A stretch of 62,855 nucleotides of DNA, the filler included, from Nemertoderma westbladi (lineage: Eukaryota > Animalia > Xenacoelomorpha), in assembly GCA_032718475.1 (NCBI GenBank). It is 4 parts of 4 records of this genome, joined end to end, with 100 filler letters (N's around TTAATTAATTAA, not from the genome) between each part and the next. Parts side by side here need not be neighbours in the genome. Positions count along the whole stretch, not along the records: positions 18,156 to 40,900 come from JAUCBJ010002184.1; 3 more parts are not named here. The stretch is one strand, 5' to 3'. The notes beneath the pieces are model-generated. The model made no database searches, was not told the DNA's origin, and saw only the letters and a program-made list of their open reading frames with translations. This document shows, in pieces, positions 25,335-36,716 of this stretch; within the stretch, counting starts at the first letter, position 1; every line of letters begins with the position of its first letter. The position numbers were made by a program, and so were the translations under genes.

Positions 25335-27558
25335 GAGTGAGTGAGTGAGTGAGTGAGTGAGTGAGTGAGTGAGTGAGTGAGTGAGTGAGTGAGTGAGTGA
25401 GTGAGTGAGTGAGTGAGTGAGTGAGTGAGTGAGTGAGTGAGTGAGTGAGTGAGTGAGTGAGTGAGTGAGTGAGTGAGTGAGTGAGTGAGTGAGTGAGTGA
25501 GTGAGTGAGTGAGTGAGTGAGTGAGTGAGTGAGTGAGTGAGTGAGTGAGTGAGTGAGTGAGTGAGTGAGTGAGTGAGTGAGTGAGTGAGTGAGTGAGTGA
25601 GTGAGTGAGTGAGTGAGTGAGTGAGTGAGTGAGTGAGTGAGTGAGTGAGTGAGTGAGTGACTGAGTGAGTGAGTGACTGACTGAGTGAGTGACTGACTGA
25701 GTGAATGAGTGACTGAGTGAGTGAGTGACTGAGTGACTGAGTGAGTGAGTGACTGAGTGAGTGAGTGAGTGAGTGAGTGAGTGAGTGAGTGAGTGAGTGA
25801 GTGAGTGAGTGAGTGAGTGAGTGAGTGAGTGAGTGACTGAGTGAGTGACTGAGTGAGTGACTGAGTGAGTGACTGAGTGAGTGACTGAGTGAGTGACTGA
25901 GTGAGTGACTGAGTGAGTGACTGAGTGAGTGAGTGACTGAGTGAGTGAGTGACTGAGTGAGTGAGTGACTGAGTGAGTGAGTGACTGAGTGAGTGAGTGA
26001 CTGAGTGAGTGAGTGACTGAGTGAGTGAGTGACTGAGTGAGTGAGTGACTGAGTGAGTGAGTGACTGAGTGACTGAGTGAGTGAGTGAGTGAGTGAGTGA
26101 GTGAGTGACTGAGTGAGTGACTGAGTGAGTGACTGAGTGAGTGACTGAGTGAGTGACTGAGTGAGTGAGTGACTGAGTGAGTGAGTGACTGAGTGACTGA
26201 GTGAGTGACTGAGTGAGTGAGTGACTGAGTGAGTGAGTGACTGAGTGAGTGAGTGACTGAGTGAGTGAGTGACTGAGTGAGTGAGTGACTGAGTGAGTGA
26301 GTGACTGAGTGAGTGAGTGACTGAGTGAGTGAGTGACTGAGTGAGTGAGTGACTGAGTGAGTGAGTGACTGAGTGAGTGAGTGACTGAGTGAGTGAGTGA
26401 CTGAGTGAGTGAGTGACTGAGTGAGTGAGTGACTGAGTGAGTGAGTGAGTGACTGAGTGAGTGAGTGAGTGAGTGACTGAGTGAGTGAGTGAGTGAGTGA
26501 CTGAGTGAGTGAGTGACTGAGTGAGTGAGTGACTGAGTGAGTGAGTGAGTGAGTGACTGAGTGAGTGAGTGACTGAGTGAGTGAGTGACTGAGTGAGTGA
26601 CTGAGTGAGTGAGTGACTGAGTGAGTGAGTGACTGAGTGACTGAGTGAGTGAGTGACTGAGTGAGTGAGTGAGTGAGTGACTGAGTGAGTGAGTGACTGA
26701 GTGAGTGAGTGACTGAGTGAGTGAGTGACTGAGTGAGTGAGTGAGTGAGTGACTGAGTGAGTGAGTGAGTGACTGAGTGAGTGAGTGACTGAGTGAGTGA
26801 GTGACTGAGTGAGTGAGTGAGTGAGTGAGTGAGTGAGTGAGTGAGTGAGTGAGTGAGTGACTGAGTGAGTGAGTGACTGACTGAGTGAGTGACTGACTGA
26901 GTGAGTGAGTGAATGAGTGACTGAGTGAGTGAGTGACTGAGTGAGTGAGTGACTGAGTGAGTGAGTGACTGAGTGAGTGAGTGACTGAGTGAGTGAGTGA
27001 CTGAGTGAGTGAGTGACTGAGTGAGTGAGTGACTGAGTGAGTGACTGAGTGAGTGAGTGACTGAGTGAGTGAGTGACTGAGTGAGTGAGTGACTGAGTGA
27101 GTGAGTGACTGAGTGAGTGAGTGACTGAGTGAGTGAGTGACTGAGTGAGTGAGTGACTGAGTGAGTGAGTGAGTGAGTGACTGAGTGAGTGAGTGACTGA
27201 GTGAGTGACTGAGTGAGTGACTGAGTGAGTGACTGAGTGAGTGACTGAGTGAGTGACTGAGTGAGTGACTGAGTGAGTGACTGAGTGAGTGACTGAGTGA
27301 GTGAGTGACTGAGTGACTGAGTGACTGAGTGAGTGAGTGAGTGACTGAGTGAGTGAGTGAGTGAGTGACTGAGTGAGTGAGTGACTGAGTGAGTGAGTGA
27401 CTGAGTGAGTGAGTGACTGAGTGAGTGAGTGACTGAGTGAGTGAGTGACTGAGTGAGTGAGTGACTGAGTGAGTGAGTGAGTGTGTGAGTGAGTGTGTGT
27501 GTGTGTGTGTGTGTGAGTGAGTGAGTGAGTGAGTGAGTGAGTGAGTGAGTGATTGAGT
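25335..27558. repeat. 2.2-kb (GAGT)n microsatellite with GACT interruptions in ACER intron 4
   Basis: Direct inspection. Confidence 0.97.
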
Positions 27559-27676
27559 GGGTGATTAGAGTACGCCTCGCGCATGTCCCTCGTGCTGGAC
27601 GCGTTCTTTATGTTTTATGATAAATAGTTAACGCGTTTCTTTGATAAACTCTACGTGGCTATATTTATCTTTACAG

Positions 27677-28010
27677 GAGCGCTAGTTCTCGGCTTACGTG
27701 GATGCTATTGGTCAGTCTCGTACTGGGTATATGCGCGCTGGGTTTCTGGATCTCGGATAGGTTCTTCTGCACCCTGTGGGTGCGACTGCTGGGGTTCTCC
27801 TGGGGTCACGTCATCTGGCATCTCCTTATGGGCGTCACCAGCGCGCTCTTTATCGGTCTCTTCTCCTTCATTCACGCCTCCGACGAGAAGAGGCATCTAG
27901 ACCCCGTACTCAAACTGTGGCCCTGCGATACCTGGTGCGTAGGTCTTCCATACGTCGCCATAACAACCTGGTTGCCCCCTAGTAAGGAGCCTAGACATCG
28001 AAGTGTCTAA
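27677..28010 (+). CDS. ACER: Alkaline ceramidase, exon 5 (terminal); total CDS 840 bp, 279 aa
   Basis: ttacag|(R)SASSRLTW...FWISDRFFC...GHVIWHLL...LWP...GLPYV...TAA; HxxWH zinc-ligand motif. Confidence 0.93.
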
Positions 28011-28074
28011 GTAAGCAAGCAGGCAAGATTAAGATAGTAGATTATTTTATTTTATTATATTTATGTATAAATCA

Positions 28075-28322
28075 TAGGGGGGGGGGGGGGTCCACAAGTT
28101 AATAAAAAAATATTGTGACATGGGGGATGTGTCCGTGACGTCACAAAATGAGGTGGTATGTATTTTTAGCGAAAGCTGTTGAACACATACCGAATTTGCC
28201 CTACGACATTTGTCACCTCAGAGGATTTTAATTTAAAATATGTTACAAAATGTAACACGGGGGTGATGGGTGTGTATCAAATTATTACGGAAAAGCCGTG
28301 ACGTAATTCGTGAAAGGCCCTT
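28075..28322. mobile_element. Possible PIF/Harbinger-type MITE remnant
   Basis: Right-end-like CGTGACGTAATTCGTGAAAGGCCCT followed by TTA; left end degenerate. Confidence 0.35.
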
Positions 28323-28624
28323 TAAGGTCATATTTTATTATTATTACATTTATTAATTATTCCCCCATCATGTGATAACGTAACGTGATATTTTATTTTC
28401 ACTTTTGGTCAAATTTTGTTTGGTATTCTAAAAGTGTTTTTGATCGTTTAGACCATTCATAAATATATTTACGAAATCCTATATTCATTTAATTTTTAAA
28501 TCATTTTATTAGATAAATCTTCTGTGATATAGATTTTTTATTAAATACAGGTTATTAGTACTAACTAACTCACATGTAGTGGAGGGGGGGGGGGGTTATT
28601 ATGTTTATATTGTATTATAATAAT

Positions 28625-29974
28625 TAGTGTTGAGAACTGTAACTGTAATTATACTGTAACTGCAACTGTAACTGAATGGTTTTGATGATTTTTTTGATAC
28701 TGTAACTATAACTGTAACTGTAATTGCGAATTTTGAATACTGTAACTGTAACTGAAACTGTAATTACGAATTTTGAATACTGTAACTGAAACTGAAATTA
28801 ACAAAATCCGATTCAGTTCTCAACCACACAATTAACATGAATGAGCATTTAAAACAGTATTGTAATAAAGTATAGAGTATAGTTTAATAAATGAATAACA
28901 GTGGTTACCATAGGTATCATTTTTAAAACATTGTTATAAAAAAAACAATCTCATTTTTTCCACATCTGAACAAAACCATAATATTACACAATATAAAATC
29001 AAAGACCCATTGTCCACTTAGCTCAAATGTGATTTATTTGGCGAGTCAAGTTAGTGAACGAAGATCTACAGTAGCATAAAGTCTATGTTTATCTGTCTCA
29101 ACTATTAGACTATCACCTATCAGCCTTATCACCACTTTGGTTTCATATTAAATGTAAATGTTTTAGATAAACAAAGTTAGGCCTAATGGTAGAGGGATAT
29201 TAACGGATTTTACATTATTAATTATTAATGTTTTTACCGGTACTATTAATATCACAATCACACTAGAGGCACACTGGAAATTAAATTTTGATCAAGTTTG
29301 CCATTATAAATTACAAAATTAAACTTAAAAGTGAAAGGAGCAGCTTATCGAGGTGGGTCTAACCAAAACAATAAATATATGATTACTAAAACAAATTACG
29401 AATTAAGGAAAATGAGCAGGATTCAGAACCATGGCTTTATAACCAAAACAATAAATGATAACAATAAGTGTACAAGCACTGAAACAAGTTGTACAGTAAA
29501 ATGTGGGTGCCTTTAGTTGATCTTGTGACCGCCACTTTCATTACATACAGTACTATCAGTAGGCCCTATATTAGTTACAAACTATTACCATAGAGTGGGT
29601 CCAACTTTCCTACAACAACTACCTATTAGCTCTAGAAAGAGGACGTTTCGTAATGAACATTATTATTAGCATATATAACAGTAATATATTAAAGTGCCTC
29701 ATTTTTAGTTTCAGATGACTGCTTACTACGTGAGATCATATATATTGAATCTATAACTGAAACTGTAACTGAAACTGAAATGCTCAATTTTGTAATACTG
29801 AAACTGTAACTGTAACTGAAATGTTACACTTTGTAATACTGAAACTGTAACTGTAACTGAAATGTTACACTTTGTAATACTGAAACTGCAACTGTAACTG
29901 AAATGCAAAACTTTGAATACTGAAACTGCAACTGTAACTGAAATTAGTCAAAATTGATTCAGTTCTCAACACTA
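28625..29974. mobile_element. Non-autonomous hAT-type element (1350 bp)
   Basis: TIR TAGTGTTGAGAACTG / CAGTTCTCAACACTA, 8-bp TSD ATAATAAT on both sides, subterminal AACTG(T/A) arrays. Confidence 0.8.
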
Positions 29975-30546
29975 ATAATAATATGTTTATTATATTCTTT
30001 TACATATTATTTGGTGCTTCTTTTTCATTTCCGTGCCTTCTTCCATTTATGTAGGAAACTTTAATATACATGGCGAGCCACGTAAGTGAGCGAGTAGAGC
30101 TTACGTGTCACTGGCACTGGCAGTGTCTTGACAACTTTGCGCCTAGAACTAATGGGTCGTTGGCCGCATTAGAACACTGTGTCCGCGGTGTAACACATAG
30201 TATAGCTGGTCAGAATAACTTTGCTGCTACGTTTATATTCGTAAAATGATCCTTCCAAGTAGTATTATTGTCGTTTTAATATAAAATAAATTTCAAAGCC
30301 GTTAATTTCAAGTTTCACAATCTTTCGAATGATATTCATACAATTTCGCAATTTGACTATGTCAAAAAACCTTATAATTTTTGGTCCAATTAGCCACTTT
30401 TGGTATTTTCAAATTTCAACGACATCGTTCGATCTTCATACTACTCACAGTGTTACAACTGGTGCTGATGTAGCCAGCAACTAAATGTGACCCATCTAAA
30501 TTCAGAAAAAAAATATCTGCTAGGATCGGAGGATGCAATTTACACC

Positions 30547-33500
30547 GCCAGTCGGCACCACTGATGGGGTCTGGTGCACCGAGACCCAACCAGTCGGCAC
30601 CACTGATGGGGTCTGGTGCACCGAGACCCAGACAGTCGGCACCAGTGATGGGGTCTCGTGCACCGAGACCCAGCCAGTCGGCACCACTGATGGGGTCTGG
30701 TGCACCGAGACCCAGACAGTCGGCACCACTGATGGGGACTGGAGCAACGAGTCCCAGACAGTCGGCAGTTCGGCACCACTGATGGGGACTGGAGCAACGA
30801 GTCCCAGACAGTCGGCACCACTGATGGGGACTGGAGCAACGAGTCCCAGACAGTCGGCACCACTGATGGGGACTGGAGCAGCAACGAGTCCCAGACAGTC
30901 GGCAGTTCGGCACCACTGATGGGGACTGGAGCAACGAGTCCCAGACAGTCGGCAGTTCGGCACCACTGATGGGGACTGGAGCAGCAACGAGTCCCAGACA
31001 GTCGGCAGTTCGGCCCCACTGATGGGGACTGGAGCAACGAGTCCCAGCCAGTCGGCACCACTGATGGGGACTGGAGCAACGAGTCCCAGACAGTCGGCAG
31101 TTCGGCCCCACTGATGGGGACTGGAGCAACGAGTCCCAGACAGTCGGCACCACTGATGGGGACTGGAGCAACGAGTCCCAGACAGTCGGCACCACTGATG
31201 GGGACTGGAGCAACGAGTCCCAGACAGTCGGCACCACTGATGGGGACTGGAGCAACGAGTCCCAGACAGTCGGCAGTTCGGCCCCACTGATGGGAACTGG
31301 AGCAACGAGTCCCAGACAGTCGGCACCACTGATGGGGACTGGAGCAACGAGTCCCAGACAGTCGGCACCACTGATGGGGACTGGAGCAACGAGTCCCAGA
31401 CAGTCGGCACCACTGATGGGGACTGGAGCAACGAGTCCCAGACAGTCGGCACCACTGATGGGGACTGGAGCAACGAGTCCCAGACAGTCGGCACCACTGA
31501 TGGGGACTGGAGCAACGAGCCCCAGACAGTCGGAAGTTCGGCACCACTGATGGGGTCTGGTGCACCGAGACCCAGACAGTCGGCAGTTCGGCACCACTGA
31601 TGGGGACTGGAGCAACGAGACCCAGACAGTCGGCAGTTCGGCACCACTGATGGGGGCTGGAGCAACGAGTCCCAGACAGTCGGCACCACTGATGGGGACT
31701 GGAGCAACGAGTCCCAGACAGTCGGCAGTTCGGCACCACTGATGGGGACTGGAGCAACGAGTCCCAGACAGTCGGCACCACTGATGGGGACTGGAGCAAC
31801 GAGTCCCAGACAGTCGGCAGTTCGGCCCCACTGATGGGGACTGGAGCAGCAACGAGTCCCAGACAGTCGGCAGTTCGGCCCCACTGATGGGGACTGGAGC
31901 AACGAGTCCCAGACAGTCGGCAGTTCGGCCCCACTGATGGGGACTGGAGCAGCAACGAGTCCCAGACAGTCGGCAGTTCGGCCCCACTGATGGGGACTGG
32001 AGCAACGAGTCCCCGACAGTCGGCACCACTGATGGGGACTGGAGCAACGAGTCCCAGACAGTCGGCAGTTCGGCCCCACTGATGGGGACTGGAGCAACGA
32101 GTCCCAGACAGTCGGCACCACTGATGGGGACTGGAGCAACGAGTCCCAGACAGTCGGAAGTTCGGCCCCACTGATGGGGACTGGAGCAGCAACGAGTCCC
32201 AGACAGTCGGCAGTTCGGCCCCACTGATGGGGACTGGAGCAACGAGTCCCAGACAGTCGGCACCACTGATGGGGACTGGAGCAACGAGTCCCAGCCAGTC
32301 GGCACCACTGATGGGGACTGGAGCAACGAGTCCCAGACAGTCGGCAGTTCGGCACCACTGATGGGGACTGGAGCAACGAGTCCCAGCCAGTCGGCACCAC
32401 TGATGGGGACTGGAGCAACGAGTCCCAGACAGTCGGCAGTTCGGCCCCACTGATGGGGACTGGAGCAACGAGTCCCAGACAGTCGGCACCACTGATGGGG
32501 ACTGGAGCAACGAGTCCCAGCCAGTCGGCACCACTGATGGGGACTGGAGCAACGAGTCCCAGACAGTCGGCAGTTCGGCACCACTGATGGGGACTGGAGC
32601 AACGAGTCCCAGCCAGTCGGCACCACTGATGGGGACTGGAGCAACGAGTCCCAGACAGTCGGCACCACTGATGGGGACTGGAGCAGCAACGAGTCCCAGA
32701 CAGTCGGCAGTTCGGCACCACTGATGGGGACTGGAGCAACGAGTCCCAGACAGTCGGCACCACTGATGGGGACTGGAGCAACGAGTCCCAGACCGTCGTC
32801 AGTTCGGCACCACTGATGGGGACTGGAGCAACGAGACCCAGCCAGTCGGCACCACTGATGGGGACTGGAGCAACGATTCCCAGACAGTCGGCAGTTCGGC
32901 ACCACTGATGGGGACTGGAGCAACGAGTCCCAGACAGTCGGCACCACTGATGGGGACTGGAGCAACGAGTCCCAGACAGTCGGCACCACTGATGGGGACT
33001 GGAGCAACGAGTCCCAGACAGTCGGCAGTTCGGCACCACTGATGGGGACTGGAGCAACGAGTCCCAGACAGTCGGCACCACTGATGGGGACTGGAGCAAC
33101 GAGTCCCAGACAGTCGGCACCACTGATGGGGACTGGAGCAGCAACGAGTCCCAGACAGTCGGAAGTTCGGCACCACTGAGGGGGTCTGGTGCACCGAGAC
33201 CCAGCCAGTCGGCACCACTGATGGGGTCTGGTGCACCGGGACCCAGCCAGTCGGCACCACTGATGGGGACTGGCGCAACGAGTCCCAGACAGTCGGCACC
33301 ACTGATGGGGACTGGAGCAACGAGTCCCAGACAGTCGGCACCACTGATGGGGACTGGAGCAGCAACGAGTCCCAGACAGTCGGAAGTTCGGCACCACTGA
33401 GGGGGTCTGGTGCACCGAGACCCAGCCAGTCGGCACCACTGATGGGGTCTGGTGCACCGGGACCCAGCCAGTCGGCACCACTGATGGGGACTGGAGCAAC

Positions 33501-33965
33501 GAGTCCCAGCCAGTCGGCACCACTGATGGGGACTGGAGCAACGAGTCCCAGACAGTCGGCACCACTGATGGGGACTGGAGCAACGAGTCCCAGACAGTCG
33601 GCACCACTGATGGGGTCTGGTGCACCGAGACCCAGCCAGTCGGCACCACTGATGGGGACTGGAGCAACGAGTCCCAGACAGTCGGCGCCACTGATGGGGA
33701 CTGGAGCAACGAGTCCCAGACCGTCGTCAGTTCGGCACCACTGAGGGGGTCTGGTGCACCGAGACCCAGCCAGTCGGCACCACTGATGGGGTCTGGTGCA
33801 CCGGGACCCAGCCAGTCGGCACCACTGATGGGGTCTGGTGCACCGAGACCCAGCCAGTCGGCACCACTGGTTGGTCTGGTGCAACCGAGACCCAGCCAGT
33901 CGGCACCACTGATGATGTCTGGTGCACCGAGACCCAGTCAGTCGGCACCACTGATGGGGTCTGGT
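30547..33965. repeat. GC-rich minisatellite, 42-bp core unit with +3 and +8 variants (~75 copies)
   Basis: CAGTCGGCACCACTGATGGGGACTGGAGCAACGAGTCCCAGA and variant ...GGGTCTGGTGCACCGAGACCC; the 8-bp indels break frame. Confidence 0.95.
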
Positions 33966-35914
33966 CGTGATGCAGTTAGTCGTTGCCAAGCGCTCTCGCT
34001 CGCGGGTGTGTTGGGAGGTATTCGGCGGAGACTACCTTCTCCGCTCCATCTGTCCTCTGCTGAGACCATGAGGAGGCCTAGGGTTCGGCGATGGTGCGGG
34101 ACTGACTGCGTGGCTTCAGTCTTGCTGGGCAGTTCTAACCCATCTCCCAATACAATTAGACTTCTATGCCGGCAGTAAATCGTTTTACATTCCCTAAAAT
34201 TTGACTCAATTTTGTTGTCTATAAATCTATTATTTGTTATTCTTTATCTGTTGAATATAAATATTTAAAATAAAAAAATGTGATCCATCTATGATATTGT
34301 GTTTCACTTGACGTACAGAACCCACAAACGTCTATTTTATTATTGAGTGTAGTGCAATTTAAAGTGCTTTGCATTTGCAGTTTCCGTATATTAGTAGTTA
34401 TTTATAATTTGTTTTAATATAATAAGGTGCGTTAATTATATTTGGTAGCTTTAAAAGAATTTATACATAATAACATTTTTATTAAACTATAGGGTAGTTA
34501 GATGTTGTAGTGTGTGGACAGAGCGGATATCGGTTATAAACTCGATTGATGTGATTTCAGTAAAAAAAAAGCAAATATAGAAATAATCGACATATTTGTT
34601 ACGTGAGTCGGTAAGGCTGATATTTATAATCGGGGATTTTTAATTTTAAAATTGGTTTGGTCGTTTTCTAAGTTCAAATTCCCACACTGGTTGGCATTAA
34701 TATAAAGACACTTCAAATAATATTATCTGGTCTTTATTCCCAAAACAACTTTGCTAACACAGTGAAAACAGATTCACCTTGCGAGACCTCCCATAAATCG
34801 ATATTTCTGTTATAAGTTTTACAGGTAAATTTAACTTTCAGTTACTAGTTTAGTGGGTATAGTTATAAATTTAGAGATCGTTTATATTTTTTTAACATGT
34901 ACTTAACTAAAACGTATTTCAGTAGAGTGCAGGTAACCAACAAGGTTTTTTTTTTCTTAATTAAAACTTTGTTAGGAAGTCGAAAATATCAGTTCCGTTT
35001 CTGGTTGTGCAATATTGCAATCTGTTGAAAGTCTGGAAGTAATGTAGTCGTGCAGTTGTTATGGTCAGTCATGTTTAATATTTTCAATTATTTTAGGTAT
35101 AATAATTTATATTAATTATTGCATTTATTCCAGTATTTTATAAATATAATATTTATAATTGTATTTGTTTCGATAATAAACACATTTATTTATTGACTCT
35201 ACATATTTACTTTTTGCTTAATTTGCTTTAACAGTTTACTATGCAGAACTAATTTGCTCAGTTATTTTTTATACAAGATCCTGATTAGATCAGTTCGAAA
35301 TCTGTAACATCATAAATAGATGCATAATTAATTACTGTGAAAATTGAAAATTTAAATCCAACTCTAAGCTTCACATATTATATTTATTGACAATAATTCC
35401 TTCCATAAATTACAAACATTTAACCAGAAATATTCCGAATATTAATATGATGACAGTATTCCAGTCCATGAAAAGAAATGTAAGCAACAATTATTATTAA
35501 AGTTAAATTGTATACCCCGGCATCATCCATTGCATTACAAGTCAGCGGTATAACGACAACCTGGACTAACTGCTTTGCATTGATTGTATGCAATATAAAC
35601 TGGGTTCTCTGGTTTCCAATGGAACTTTAGTCGGAGCTCGGAGTGAGGATTGATTTTGGAATGTTACGACCATCTATAACGCCTGGCACTTCAGCCTAAA
35701 CAGTTCGACAAAACATTAATGACGGTGTAGTTGTAATTAATTACCCACTCACATTTAATCCAACTTTTAGTAGTTTGTATATGTTTTTTATTTATTTCCT
35801 GTCGGCTTGAATCACTAAGTGTCAATACTATATCATCGGTGATGTTCAAATTCTTCACTTTGATACGAAATGGCTGGAAACCTCATGGTTCAATCCTCAA
35901 TCCTTCGCGGTGAC

Positions 35915-36243
35915 GCGCTGTGGATTTGCGTCACATTTTGAACGCTCTTTGACAGCGCTGTGGATTTGCGTCACATTTTGAACGATCTTTGACAGCGCTG
36001 TGGATTTGCGTCACATTTTGAACGATCTTTGACAGCGCTGTGGATTTGCGTCACATTTTGAACGATCTTTGACAGCGCTGTGGATTTGCGTCACATTTTG
36101 AACGCTCTTTGACAGCGCTGTGGATTTGCGTCACATTTTGAACGCTCTTTGACAGCGCTGTGGATTTGCGTCACATTTTGAACGATCTTTGACAGCGCTG
36201 TGGATTTGCGTCACATTTTGAACGCTCTTTGACAGCGCTGTCA
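35915..36243. repeat. 40-bp tandem repeat, ~8 copies
   Basis: GACAGCGCTGTGGATTTGCGTCACATTTTGAACG(A/C)TCTTT. Confidence 0.92.
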
Positions 36244-36716
36244 CTGTGTTCTCCCAGCGTTCTAGTGATTGTCCTCCAAAGCGTTTTTTCAGCGCTAATG
36301 TCACATGAAAGTGTATCTGTGTACCAGGCTGCCATTTAAATCTATGTAAATTATGATTTTATGTAGTTTAGGTAGGCCTATGGCAATGAATCGTCGATTT
36401 TTTATGATGTCACTAGATACTATTGGAATTATTAAGTATATGGTGGAGTAAATGTCCTTTATTATGTGCCAAGTAAGATAAACCATTGGGGTTCGTTGCA
36501 CAATATAGCCAACTGCTTATCCAATGATTTATTTATTATTCACCAACCAAATTAATTAGTATAATGAAATTCATCATAAGCGCTGTTATTCTATAACTCA
36601 TACACCTTGTTTAATTATTAATAATTTGTTTATAACATGACTCGTTTATATACAAAAAAAATAATTTTCTAAAATAGTTACTAAGATTTATTAACGTGTT
36701 AGAACTGGAATTTGCA

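Noticed and set aside
25275-27584. 769-aa HSLT-repeat ORF
   Set aside because: Translation of the (ACTC)n microsatellite, antisense within an ACER intron.
30547-33965. Canonical hammerhead ribozyme in the 42-bp unit (also CTGATGAG in the Gypsy LTR)
   Set aside because: The core would need CUGANGA...GAAA; the unit has CUGAUGG...CAGAC and the LTR lacks a correctly placed stem II/GAAA.
30416-33989. 1097/874/670-aa repeat proteins
   Set aside because: 8-bp indels shuffle frames freely and all minus frames are open, so there is no sign of coding constraint.
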